35,585 bases of DNA, from NCBI GenBank assembly GCA_964435205.1, contig CAYSYZ010000004.1, positions 1 to 35,585 on the forward strand, in the 5' to 3' direction. Source of the stretch: an uncultured Desulfovibrionales bacterium (lineage in GTDB: Bacteria > Desulfobacterota > QYQD01). A program made the position numbers and the translations under genes. Under the pieces are notes generated by a model. It was not told where the DNA came from, did not search any database, and was given only the letters and a program-made list of their open reading frames with translations. Numbering within the stretch: the first letter of the stretch is position 1; each line of letters starts with the position of its first letter. This document shows, piece by piece, positions 1-9,275 of the stretch.

Positions 1-548
1 ACCTCACCCACCGGTATAATTCGTTCTTTTGTCCCCTTACCCACTGTCCTTAGATACCCAACTGTAAGATTAACGTCGCCAACCTTTAATGAAACCAATT
101 CTGACACCCGAAGCCCTGTGGCATAGAGGAGATGTAGCATAGCTGCATCCCGTTGCCCCAAGACATCTCGCGACAAAGGCTTGCTAAGAAGGCTGTCTAC
201 TTCGGCCATACTTAGAATATCTGGCAACTTTTGTCGAAAGCGGGGAGATTCTACAGAACGTGCCGGGTTACTGCTGATTAATTTTTCGCGCAGCAGAAAC
301 CGAAAAAAGGAATGGATGACTACTAAGGCCCTGGCCACACTGCGGGACGAGAGACCTTTCCTGCGTAATTGACTGAGAAAGGAAAAAATGTGTACGTCAA
401 GAATGTCTTCTACCTTGGTAATACTCTCAGCAGAAAGAAATTCCAGAAATGTCTGGAGGTCATGGCTGTAGGACGAGAGGGTGTTCCGGGCCAATCCCTT
501 TTCTACAGACAAAAAATGCAAAAAGCGGTCTAAGTACTTTTCTATCAT
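1..548 (-). CDS. xerD: Tyrosine site-specific recombinase, XerD/XerC type; N-terminal ~182 codons only (C-terminal part lies beyond the window start)
   Basis: Absent from the ORF track because there is no stop in the window. My minus-strand translation from the ATG at 548-546 gives [37 protein letters not shown] ... [47 protein letters not shown]. This is the Xer core-binding domain plus the [11 protein letters not shown] / GKG.KER box. The frame is open over the whole stretch. Confidence 0.8.
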   Translation of the reverse strand, partial: [182 protein letters not shown]

Positions 549-705
549 GGTCACAGCCAAAAACTAAGCCTGTACACGTACTTATACCGGAGTTTGGGAG
601 ACAAAACAACTCTTTTGTCGTCCTCTTTTTCGTCAGTGTTTTCACTTTTCAAGCTGGTAAAAGCATGTCATAGTCAAACCCAGAACAGGTTTAAAAGGCA
701 ACCTT

Positions 706-1434
706 ATGGCAGACGATATTTCAGCAGCCCTGATCTACCAGGTCAAAAAGGAAATCGCAGAACGCTACTTCGGAGCCCGCAAGGCCATCGAAGAGGCAAA
801 AACTGCCTTACAGGAACATATCCAGGTACACAGAGATACCGTAGGAAAAACGGTCTATGAAGACTTTTGGCAGATTTACCAGTTGCTCCAAACAGAGGCA
901 TTGGTAAAAGAGTTCTGGGAAGTCGTCGGCCTCAGGACCAGACCATTTTATGACCGTTTTCTTGAGGAGTGCCACGGCATAAAGCCCCGCCTTCTCGCCG
1001 GCAAAAAGGCGCACGGTCTGACCGAAAAGGCAAAACATAGGAATCTCTTCCTTGAGTGTTATAGACAGCTTATCGACGATCTGAAACCATACCGGAAAGG
1101 ATATCAGGAGCTAATGGAAGAGTGCCTGCTAATTAACGAAGAAATTGCCCAATTGCAGGCAAACTACAGACTCAGCGAAATCCTGACCTTTGTACGGAAA
1201 ATCGAGGACGTTGACTATTTGACTGGTCTGCAGGGACAGGCCATCTTGCCGGCCCAAAGGCAGGATCTGGAAGAAAAACTGGCCATTACCAAACTGGATT
1301 GCCTGGGGAAGGACGTTGTGGAAATCCCTTCTCTGCCTTCGTTAAAGCGGGTCGGAGGTAACCTCAAACAGCTCACGGGAAGCGCCTATACAGCCCGGGG
1401 GGCAGCCCTGTGTCAAACAAACACCCGCTTTTGA
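706..1434 (+). CDS. Hypothetical protein, predicted helical/coiled-coil, no recognisable catalytic motif
   Basis: 242-aa ORF with an ATG start and coding-like composition (E/K/L/Q-rich heptad-like stretches). No overlapping alternative ORF of comparable quality. I do not recognise the family. Confidence 0.55.
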   Translation: MADDISAALIYQVKKEIAERYFGARKAIEEAKTALQEHIQVHRDTVGKTVYEDFWQIYQLLQTEALVKEFWEVVGLRTRPFYDRFLEECHGIKPRLLAGKKAHGLTEKAKHRNLFLECYRQLIDDLKPYRKGYQELMEECLLINEEIAQLQANYRLSEILTFVRKIEDVDYLTGLQGQAILPAQRQDLEEKLAITKLDCLGKDVVEIPSLPSLKRVGGNLKQLTGSAYTARGAALCQTNTRF

Positions 1435-1500
1435 TCTCCACGGCGACATAGCTTTATGAACGCCCTTCAATCGGCTTAACGGGGAGCAAAAAGGGTACGA

Positions 1501-2370
1501 TCAATCCGGTCCAAACAAAGGTACCGGTCTTTGAAAACCCTTTTTTGAAGCCAAGATATCAAGATGAAAGGTCACCAGGTCTTCCAACAGCAAGACTGGT
1601 TTGTAGTCAAGCTTTCTTGAGTCTACACCTTTGAGGTACTGGTGACATTGGTCACAGAAATCCGCCCGGTAGTATTCCTCCTCCTCCACAAAGAGATAAT
1701 GCAGGGTTTTCTGGTCCTTATTCCCGCAGAAGGGACAGGTCACCCGCGCTATCCGCCACTCGTAGCCGCAGAAGGAGCATAAAGCATACTTCTGTCCCCC
1801 TTCTCCTCTAACCTCGGCTATACGTGGCTGAGAACCGCAGATCGGGCAATAGCCATTTGGCCAGTTATCAAGGGTTATCTTTTCTCCCTTAAACTGACCG
1901 GCATTGGCTTTGATCGATGGTTCAACGCTGGTCCGCACTAAGAAGGAAAGTGCCGGATAATCTATTTTAAATTCATCCGCCGTATCCTTCAGGAATTTTT
2001 CATCGAGGTATTTTGACAATACCTTTTCAATATCCAGGCTCTTATCCAAAAAGGCCTGTTTAAGCTTTGCCATCTCTTCTCTCAGTCTGGTTGGGAATTT
2101 TTCTCCCCGCTCTAAAATAGATGCAAAAAGTTTTTGAGAGGCTGAAATGTCCACGTAGAAATCCTCTTTCTTTAAAAGCGGAAATCCCTCGCGGAGTTTC
2201 ATCTCCTTCAGACTTTCTTTTATCTCTATGGGCTTCACCTTGACCGCGGCCTCTATTTCATCCTGCGCCTCCCATATAACCTCATAGAAATCCAGAATCT
2301 CCTTATAAACAGGCTTCTTTTCTCTGAACCAGGAAATTCTCTTCTTTAGTTGCTCAAAACCCTCAGTCAT
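1501..2370 (-). CDS. fdhE: Formate dehydrogenase accessory/maturation protein FdhE
   Basis: Four CxxC pairs in the FdhE arrangement (CPICGS, CSFCGYEW, CPFCGN, CDQCHQYLK) next to fdhAB. Start moved to the internal ATG at 2370 (MTEGFEQLKK...), which has a GGAG RBS (rc of 2377-2380) 6 nt upstream. The ORF-track N-terminal extension (to 2463) is Arg/Pro-rich and looks non-coding. Confidence 0.85.
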   Translation of the reverse strand: MTEGFEQLKKRISWFREKKPVYKEILDFYEVIWEAQDEIEAAVKVKPIEIKESLKEMKLREGFPLLKKEDFYVDISASQKLFASILERGEKFPTRLREEMAKLKQAFLDKSLDIEKVLSKYLDEKFLKDTADEFKIDYPALSFLVRTSVEPSIKANAGQFKGEKITLDNWPNGYCPICGSQPRIAEVRGEGGQKYALCSFCGYEWRIARVTCPFCGNKDQKTLHYLFVEEEEYYRADFCDQCHQYLKGVDSRKLDYKPVLLLEDLVTFHLDILASKKGFQRPVPLFGPD

Positions 2371-2577
2371 AAAAGTCTCCACAAATCTCAATGTCCGGTC
2401 AAATATCAGAGGCGGCAGGAATCGGATGCGCCGCCCCGGGTCTCTCCCCGGCGCAGCAGCCACGAGCAGGCTACAATAGCCACATGGCGGCAGAATACTT
2501 CAAGGTATCACTGTACAAGGGATTAAATATATTGGAAAGCCAGCCGAGGACATCAGAAGCTTCCCAAGAAAAAAATA

Positions 2578-2608
2578 CATGGGAAACGCGTTAAACGCGT
2601 TTCCCATG
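2578..2608 (-). terminator. Intrinsic terminator between fdhB and fdhE (perfect 13-bp palindromic stem)
   Basis: CATGGGAAACGCG-TTAAA-CGCGTTTCCCATG. On the minus strand (the transcribed strand of fdhAB) the hairpin is followed by TATTTTTTTCTT (rc of 2566-2577). It lies 20 nt downstream of the fdhB stop. Confidence 0.8.
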
Positions 2609-2627
2609 CACCTACAGCCATTAAATA

Positions 2628-3359
2628 CTATCCTAGCCAGTTCGCCAGAGGTTGAACCATCCTCTTAACAGCCGCGAATCTTGTAATACCGAACGTATTA
2701 CTGGCTACAGCGAACTTGTGGTACTTAGCGGGGTCGTCTACTACCAGATAGATAATCCTGACCATTTCTGCATCGAGAATCTGGGCCTTGGGATACTTGA
2801 CTTTAAGCTCTTTCAGCCTCTTGTTGGCCATAGACAAAATCGCGTCCCGATCCCCGAACTGCATAGCACCGCTAGGACAGGTCTTGACGCAGGCTGGCGG
2901 AAGACCATTGGTGATCCGGTCAAAGCACATAGTACATTTGGCCATGACCTGGCTCTTCTCACTCCACCGCGGAATATCATACGGACAAGCCGACTTGATC
3001 TCGCTAAATTGGTCCTTTGTAACCTTAACTCCCTTTACAAATATAACGGCACCTGTCGCATCGTCCTGCACGATGGCTTTGGATCCTAAACCCTCGGCCA
3101 CAGACTTGCAAGGCGGGTCAATACAATGCCGACATTGGTCGGGGAAGAAGTACCATTTTACCGCATTACCCTCTTCCAGTTCATTGAACCGCACCAGTTT
3201 GAAGGTGTTAGGAGTCAAATCCGGAGGGTTCTGGTAATTACCCCAGTTCCGAAGGGTGGTCACCTCAGCCTTATTTTTGTTCCATTGCTTACAGGCTACC
3301 TGACAACCCCTGCAGGCGGAACAGATACTTGTATCCACCATAAATGATTTATCAGCCAT
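2628..3359 (-). CDS. fdhB: Formate dehydrogenase iron-sulfur (beta) subunit, 4Fe-4S ferredoxin type
   Basis: 243 aa with several ferredoxin-type cysteine clusters (CSACRGCQVACK, CRHCIDPPC, CTMCFDR, CVKTCPSGA). Lies 13 nt downstream of fdhA. Confidence 0.9.
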   Translation of the reverse strand: MADKSFMVDTSICSACRGCQVACKQWNKNKAEVTTLRNWGNYQNPPDLTPNTFKLVRFNELEEGNAVKWYFFPDQCRHCIDPPCKSVAEGLGSKAIVQDDATGAVIFVKGVKVTKDQFSEIKSACPYDIPRWSEKSQVMAKCTMCFDRITNGLPPACVKTCPSGAMQFGDRDAILSMANKRLKELKVKYPKAQILDAEMVRIIYLVVDDPAKYHKFAVASNTFGITRFAAVKRMVQPLANWLG

Positions 3360-3372
3360 TCCAGATCACCTC

Positions 3373-6300
3373 CTAACCTTTACTCTTAATTTTTCTTACG
3401 TTAACCATGAAGGCCTTTGATTCCGGAATCATGGTGTTAGCATCGCCGATATTTGGTGTCAGCAGGTTAGCGCTGTCTCCACCCTGCGTGAATTTCTTAC
3501 TCTGCGGCCACCGCCAGCCGAAATGCCAGGGGATACCAACCTGATGCACCGTCTGTCCGTCAATATTAAACGGCTTGAAGCGGGCGGTTACAATAGCCAC
3601 CGCTTTTAGCTTGCCCCGGGCCGATTCTATCTCTATTACATCTCCATTTTTGATACCCCTGAGTGCACCCAATTCCTTGCTCATCTCCACGAAGAGCTGT
3701 GGTTGGGTCTCAAGCAGCCAGGGAAGCCAACGGGTCAGAACACCGGTCTGCCAGTGCTCGGTCACCCGGTAGGTAGTACAGACAAACGGATACCTCGGAT
3801 CACAGGTAAAGTACTGGTCCATGGTACCCTCGAACACCTTGGCCGCCGGGTTAATACGCGTTCCAGACAGGAGATTCCTGTCAACCGGGCATTCCAGCGG
3901 CTCATAATGCTCGGGGAATGGCCCGTCGTTCAGGCCCGGTCCGAACAGGGAAGCAACACCGTGCGGCTTCATAATGAACGGCAGCTTCGTATTTGCCTTG
4001 TCGACCATTGGCGGCCAGCCGCCATCCGGCACGTCTCCGACCCATGAGCCTTTTCCCTCTTTAGCCGCAGGATCCCACCGGATAACTTTACGCTTCGGAT
4101 CCCATGGATTGCCGTTCAGATCCACAGAAGCGCGGTTATAGATGATCCGCCTGTTTACCGGCCAGGACCAGGACCATTTGGCATAGAGACCAATACCGGA
4201 GGGGTCCGACCGGTCGCGGCGAGCCATGTTATTGCCGTCTTCATTATAGCTGCCGCTGTAGATCCAGCTGCCACTGGAAGTAGTGCCATCGTCCTTAAGC
4301 TTGGTGAAGTTGGCCACCAGCTTGCCCGTGGTCAGGTCATAACCGTTGATTTCCTTGGCCACCTTATGGGCGTCAAACTTCCCATTGGTCATATAGTCCA
4401 TCTTGAGGTTCAAGATGGGTTCCGGGGATGCACCACCTTCCTTGGCATAAAGCTCCCGGATCTTGGCGAAAAGCTCAAGCATAATATCGCCATCCGGTTT
4501 TCCCTCACCCGGTGCCTCCACCGCCTTGTACCGCCACTGCGCCCACCGGCCGCTGTTAGCAAGGCTGCCTTCTTTTTCCAAAAAGGCCGCACAGGGGAGC
4601 TGGAAGACCTCGGTCTTGATCTTCTTGGGATTCATCCCCGGGCCCTGCCAGAAGGAACCGGTCTCATTATCAAACACATTCACATTGACCATCCAGTCGA
4701 GCTTGGCCAATCCCTGCCTGGTCTTATTGGAATTGGCGCCCGAACAAGCCGGGTTCATACCCCAGGCCAAAAGGCCGGTAAATTTACCTTTAAGCATCTC
4801 GTCAAAAAGCATCAGCCACGAGGCATTCTGGCCGTCGTCCAATTTCGGGTGCCAATTATATCCGAAATCGTTTTCCTTTGTCGCTGCCTGACCATACATG
4901 GATTTCAGATAGCTGACCATGTATTTGGGGCGGTTCTGCCACCAATTGGCGCTCATCGGCTCTTTGGTCTTTGGAGTGTTCTTCTCATTGTAGGTAGCCA
5001 GATCTTTGTGCCCGGCCTGCGGTGTAGGGTTGTAGGCCGGGATGATGTGGAACAAAAGCGCCATATCCGTAGATCCCTGCACGTTTGATTCACCACGCAA
5101 CGCATTCACGCCGCCCCCGGCCAACCCGATGTTGCCCAGGAGTAACTGGATCATGGACATGGTGCGGATATTCTGGGTACCCACGGTGTGCTGCGTCCAG
5201 CCCATGGCATAAAGTTCCGTCCCCACCCGGTCCGGTTTTCCGGTAGAACCATAGATGCGGTACACTTTAACCAGATCTTCCTCCGGAGTACCGGTTATCT
5301 TGGAAACAATATCTGTGGTGTAACGAGAATAATGCTTCTTTAGCAATTGATAAACACAGCGTGGATCCTGCAAAGTAGGATCTTTTTTGACGATACCATT
5401 CTCGTCCGTCGCAAAGGCCCAATTCGATTTGTCATACTTCCTCTTTACCGTGTCATAACCGCTGAATAGCCCGTCCATGAACTCATACTTCGGTCCTACG
5501 ATGAACGAGGCGTTGGTGTAATTTACCACGTAATCCTTCTGGATCAGGTCATTATCCAGGATGTACTTGATCATGCCCCCCAGGAAGGCGATATCCGTAC
5601 CGGAGCGCAATCGCACGTGATGGTCTGCCTTGGCCGAAGTCCTGGTGAAACGAGGATCAACATGGATAAAAATGGCCCCCCTATCCTGGGCCGCTTTTAC
5701 CCACTTGTAAGCGATGGGATGGTTCTCACAGACGTTACCGCCCATGTTCAAAATAACATCAGCATTTCGGATATCTATCCAGTGATTGGTCATAGCGCCG
5801 CGTCCATACGACTCTGCCAGAGCCGCAACAGTGGCGCTGTGTCAGATACGGGCCTGGTGTTCTACATAGACGAGGCCCAAACCTCGAAGGAAAGTTTGGT
5901 AGACCCAGCATTCCTCGTTGTCCATAGCTGCGCTACCTACAGAGGCAATGCCGTCGGTCCGGTTGACCACCTGGCCATTGGCGTTTTTTTCTGTGAAACT
6001 GGCATCGCGGCTCTTCTTGACATTCTTGGCGATCTTTTCCAGAGCCCACTCCCAGCTTACTTCCTTCCAGTTGGTGCTGTAAGGAGCGCGGTAACGGACC
6101 TTTTTCAGCCGGTTGGGGTTGTCGTGTATCTGATATGAAGCTGCACCCTTTGCGCAAAGAGCCCCCTCATTGATCGGATGATCGGGGTCCCCCTCGAAGT
6201 TGATCAGTTTGCCGTCCGAAACGTGGGCAATCTGACCACAACTTACCGAGCAGAAGCAGCAGATATGGGTGGTCTCCTTGGCGCCCTTGATTTTGAGCTC

Positions 6301-6408
6301 TGCCGCGTAGCTCTCTACCGGCGACAGATCAAAGCCGAGCTGGCTGAGTCCCAAACCAGCCACTGCTGCGCCCGAAATCTTCAAAAAATCTCTTCGTGTC
6401 ACATGCAT
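3373..6408 (-). CDS. fdhA: Formate dehydrogenase catalytic (alpha) subunit, molybdo/tungstopterin, Tat-exported, selenocysteine-containing (UGA at 5842-5844 read as Sec)
   Basis: ORF-track entries 5842..6408 and 3373..5793 are in the same frame; 5794-5841 is 48 nt, or 16 sense codons. The N-terminus carries a twin-arginine signal (TRRDFLK) and a CCFCSVSCG Fe-S motif. The junction reads VEHQARI-U-HSATVAALAESYGRGAMTNHW, the conserved Sec/Cys active-site context of FdhA/FdnG/FdhF. Confidence 0.9.
5794..5841 (-). promoter_or_regulatory. Candidate bacterial SECIS stem-loop immediately 3' of the UGA codon
   Basis: In the mRNA, AGCGCC (rc of 5833-5838) can pair with GGCGCU (rc of 5794-5799). An inner helix CUGUUG/UGGCAG encloses an apical CGGCUC loop at roughly the distance from UGA expected for a bacterial SECIS. 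Folded by eye only. Confidence 0.35.
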
Positions 6409-6897
6409 AATATACTTCCTCCCATAGCCACTCAGTGTGTAAATGTGGACACAATCTCAACACAATAGCCTAATAACTAAAGAGTAAACACTGCACCTCC
6501 TTCCCTATAAATTTCCTCTACAAAGGAGAAACTTAAATATTGAACCGTAAAGGCACCCGGAACCTTTTTCGCGTGGTCTTCACTACACCCAAGTACTTGA
6601 TCTCACACACAAAAGGCACTCAGACCGACTCTGCCTGGAAGCTATCTTATTAGAAACAATAAGCGCTTGTCAACAAAAATCTGAATCGGAGTTCAGTTTC
6701 GCCCGCGGTCTTTAACATTTCCACAACCAGCAAAACGCAAGAGTCCCGCCATTCCTGTTCGAATTCCTGGCAACTGTGTAAAACATGCCTTTATCTGTGC
6801 ATGGGCCTGAGACAGATCTGTTTTCTGAGCGCATGTCGGCATAAATTGGGACAACTGATAAGCATGTCTATGTCTATTTTGTACCAGGAGAATCTTT

Positions 6898-6926
6898 TTG
6901 ACAATGTCCTACTTTTAGGCTATTCT
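6898..6926 (+). promoter_or_regulatory. Sigma70-like promoter upstream of the polyprenyl synthase gene
   Basis: TTGACA (6898-6903), 17-nt spacer, TATTCT (6921-6926). The -10 ends only 7 nt before the GTG start at 6934. Confidence 0.45.
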
Positions 6927-6933
6927 CCACGCC

Positions 6934-7908
6934 GTGTCCGGTAATCATTTTTTAGCACAAGTAAAAGACGATCTCCAGCGTATTGAGGCCGCTGTAGCTC
7001 ATAACCTGACCTCTCATGTGCCATTTATCTCCAATGTCAGCCGGTACATTCTGTTTAGTGGAGGTAAGCGGATTCGCCCGCTGTTGATGATCCTGTCTGC
7101 CCGCATGTGCGACTATCGCGGTGACCATAAGTTTGAGCTATCCACTATTTTTGAATACCTGCACGCAGCAACCCTGTTACACGACGACGTCGTAGACAAT
7201 GCCGAAATCCGCAGAGGAAAGGCCCCGGCTAAAAATATTTACGGCAATCAGGCTGTTATACTGGTAGGCGATTTTCTCTATTCAAAATCCCTTTTACTTT
7301 CCGCTCTCCAGGGTAATATTCGTATCATGGAAGCACTGTTGAGGGCCACAACGCTAATGGCCGAGGGAGAGGTATTACAACTACTCAACGCTGAAAACCT
7401 GGAAATTACTGACAACGAATACCTGCAAGTCATATACCGTAAAACTGCCGTTCTTATGGCTGCTGCCTGTCAAGTAGGCGCCATTCTGGGCAAGGCGTGT
7501 GCGGAAAAGGAAGAAGCCCTGCGCTCCTATGGAGAAAATCTGGGGACAGCCTTCCAGCTAACTGATGATATCCTGGACTATACAGCAGACATAAAGGAAT
7601 TTGGCAAGAAGGTGGGTAATGATCTGCGCGAAGGCAAGGTCACATTACCGCTCATCCACACGCTAAATCAAATCAACGACAGGGATCACAGACTGCTAAA
7701 AGAAACATTGTTAAAGGATCATATCGGTCAGGATGACTTTATCGCCGTCCGAAAGTTGATCGAAAAATACGGTGGGTTTGATTACGCTTATGCTCGGGCA
7801 CAGGAGTCGAGCAAAAAGGCAACGGAAAGCCTCTCCATTTTCCCACCTTCCCCGACCAAGGACATACTGCTGGGCGCAGCAGAGTATATCCTCACCCGCC
7901 GCAGGTAG
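6934..7908 (+). CDS. ispB: Polyprenyl diphosphate synthase (octa/heptaprenyl type, trans-IPPS)
   Basis: 324 aa with both aspartate-rich motifs (LLHDDVVDN and QLTDDILDY) and a GKRIRP box. GTG start. Product chain length cannot be read from the sequence. Confidence 0.85.
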   Translation: MSGNHFLAQVKDDLQRIEAAVAHNLTSHVPFISNVSRYILFSGGKRIRPLLMILSARMCDYRGDHKFELSTIFEYLHAATLLHDDVVDNAEIRRGKAPAKNIYGNQAVILVGDFLYSKSLLLSALQGNIRIMEALLRATTLMAEGEVLQLLNAENLEITDNEYLQVIYRKTAVLMAAACQVGAILGKACAEKEEALRSYGENLGTAFQLTDDILDYTADIKEFGKKVGNDLREGKVTLPLIHTLNQINDRDHRLLKETLLKDHIGQDDFIAVRKLIEKYGGFDYAYARAQESSKKATESLSIFPPSPTKDILLGAAEYILTRRR

Positions 7909-7925
7909 ACAAGCTGCGGATAAAT

Positions 7926-8702
7926 TTAAAGGATAAGCCTCAGTAGATCTTCAGCTACAATTAGTTCGCCACCATAGTTGCGAAGGCAGGCTTCTGCCAG
8001 ATTGGTACTGTCGCAAACCGGATATAGGTGGGTTAGCATGAGTCTTTTACAGCCAGCCTGAGCAGCTATCTGGCCAGCCAAGGAGGGGGTAAGGTGTCCC
8101 TCTACTTTCATGCCTTCGGGGCACGAACACTCACAGATAAAAAGATCCGCATCCTCGGCTAATTCAATCAGACTGTCCGAGTAGTCCGTGTCCCCGGAAT
8201 AAACCAAAGAGTGGCCGTCCGCCGTATCGATACGCACAGCCAGGCTTTCGGGTGTATGTGGGACGGAGGAGAAACTCATTTTCAATTCACCCTGACAAAT
8301 GAGTTTTTTGCTGCCCGCTTCCAGTTTCTCGATCCTCATGAGGTCTGACGGTGGTACAACCCAGTGGCCGAAGCCCGTCTTCATAGCTTCATACAGACTG
8401 GCAAACTGGCTATGTGCCCATATAGTAAACGGCACCGTGCGCCGGTATCCCGGGCTGTATTTAGTTGCAAATAGGAAAGAAATCAGGTCGCCGACATGAT
8501 CAAGGTGGAAATGGCTTAAAAAAATACCATCAATACGGTCACAGGTAATCCCGACTTTTAACAGCTGGCGCAGCGTTCCGGCACCGCAATCGAGAAGGAG
8601 GTTATAATCATTGGCACGAACATAGATAGCTGGCGCGGCACGGCGCAGGGACGGGACACCGGTACCTGAACCGATAACAATGACCTCAATCATCCCCTGC
8701 AA
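7926..8702 (-). CDS. MBL-fold metallo-hydrolase (RNase Z/BN-like)
   Basis: 258 aa with the HxHxDH metal motif (HFHLDHVGD) and later His/Asp ligands. Overlaps the upstream gene by 13 nt. Confidence 0.8.
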   Translation of the reverse strand: MQGMIEVIVIGSGTGVPSLRRAAPAIYVRANDYNLLLDCGAGTLRQLLKVGITCDRIDGIFLSHFHLDHVGDLISFLFATKYSPGYRRTVPFTIWAHSQFASLYEAMKTGFGHWVVPPSDLMRIEKLEAGSKKLICQGELKMSFSSVPHTPESLAVRIDTADGHSLVYSGDTDYSDSLIELAEDADLFICECSCPEGMKVEGHLTPSLAGQIAAQAGCKRLMLTHLYPVCDSTNLAEACLRNYGGELIVAEDLLRLIL

Positions 8703-9268
8703 AACCTCTTTCCGGCCTCAAAGGCCTCGGCTAAGGCCGTGGGATGTTCAAGGACAGCTCCTTTACGGTCGATCTGGCGATAACCAAGATATCCCTCAAA
8801 GGCGATACCGATGGAGTCAAAAAAAACGCGTATGGTCATGACCGAACAATCAAAAACCTTTTGGCCCTTTGTACCGGCCACGGAAAGCAAAAAACCTTTT
8901 CGGCCACTGACTTCCGGCAATGGGATCTCGCCAAGATAGGCCTTTTTACACCATAATGCCTGGCCACGGTCAATCATGGCCTTAAGCTGTGCCGGAACGC
9001 TATAAAAGAATACCGGTGACGCAATAATGACGCGATCGGAACACTCCAGTCTGGAATATACCCATTGCATATCGTCTTCTACGGTACATCTACCGGTGTC
9101 ATTACAGGAACCGCATTCCGTACAGGGGCTGAAGCAAAGATCACGCAGAAAAATTTCTTCAACCAGACTTCCCGCTTCGGTAGCTCCGCGCAGCATCTGT
9201 TTCAGGAGAAGGTCCGAGTTACCGTTAGCACGTGGGCTCGAATAGATACCGATAACCTTCAAGGCCAC
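8690..9268 (-). CDS. Flavodoxin-like fold FMN reductase / iron-sulfur flavoprotein (Isf-like)
   Basis: 192 aa. N-terminal IGIYSSPRANGNS flavodoxin-like phosphate loop, then a compact Cys cluster (CFSPCTECGSCNDTGRC) as in Isf proteins. Confidence 0.7.
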   Translation of the reverse strand: MALKVIGIYSSPRANGNSDLLLKQMLRGATEAGSLVEEIFLRDLCFSPCTECGSCNDTGRCTVEDDMQWVYSRLECSDRVIIASPVFFYSVPAQLKAMIDRGQALWCKKAYLGEIPLPEVSGRKGFLLSVAGTKGQKVFDCSVMTIRVFFDSIGIAFEGYLGYRQIDRKGAVLEHPTALAEAFEAGKRFCRG

Positions 9269-9275
9269 TGTTGTA

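Noticed and set aside
549-705. Weak hairpin GACAAAA-CAACTC-TTTTGTC followed by a T-run, read as a terminator or sRNA in the xerD/hypothetical divergent spacer
   Set aside because: The stem is a 7-bp AT-rich helix of low stability, located where divergent promoters are expected. No gene upstream needs termination there.
2371-2463. N-terminal extensions in the ORF track (fdhE to 2463, csp to 16783, nfi from 21780, DksA-like to 26262)
   Set aside because: In each case an internal ATG with a properly spaced Shine-Dalgarno sequence starts the conserved domain. The extension is either compositionally odd or overlaps the upstream gene (nfi extension inside nrdJ).
5842-5844. TGA treated as a true stop, giving two separate genes (188 aa and 806 aa) as in the ORF track
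   Set aside because: Both parts are in the same frame, with 16 sense codons between them. The junction reproduces the conserved FdhA active-site context (QARI-U-HSATV). The downstream ORF has no plausible independent N-terminus or RBS. Sec recoding is the better explanation.
3575-6138. Several plus-strand ORFs inside fdhA (3575..3772, 3703..4047, 4366..5088, 4463..4891, 5617..6138)
   Set aside because: All are antisense to a very well-supported 1011-codon gene. They are Arg/Pro/Gly/Leu-rich, as expected for shadow frames, and none has a recognisable motif.
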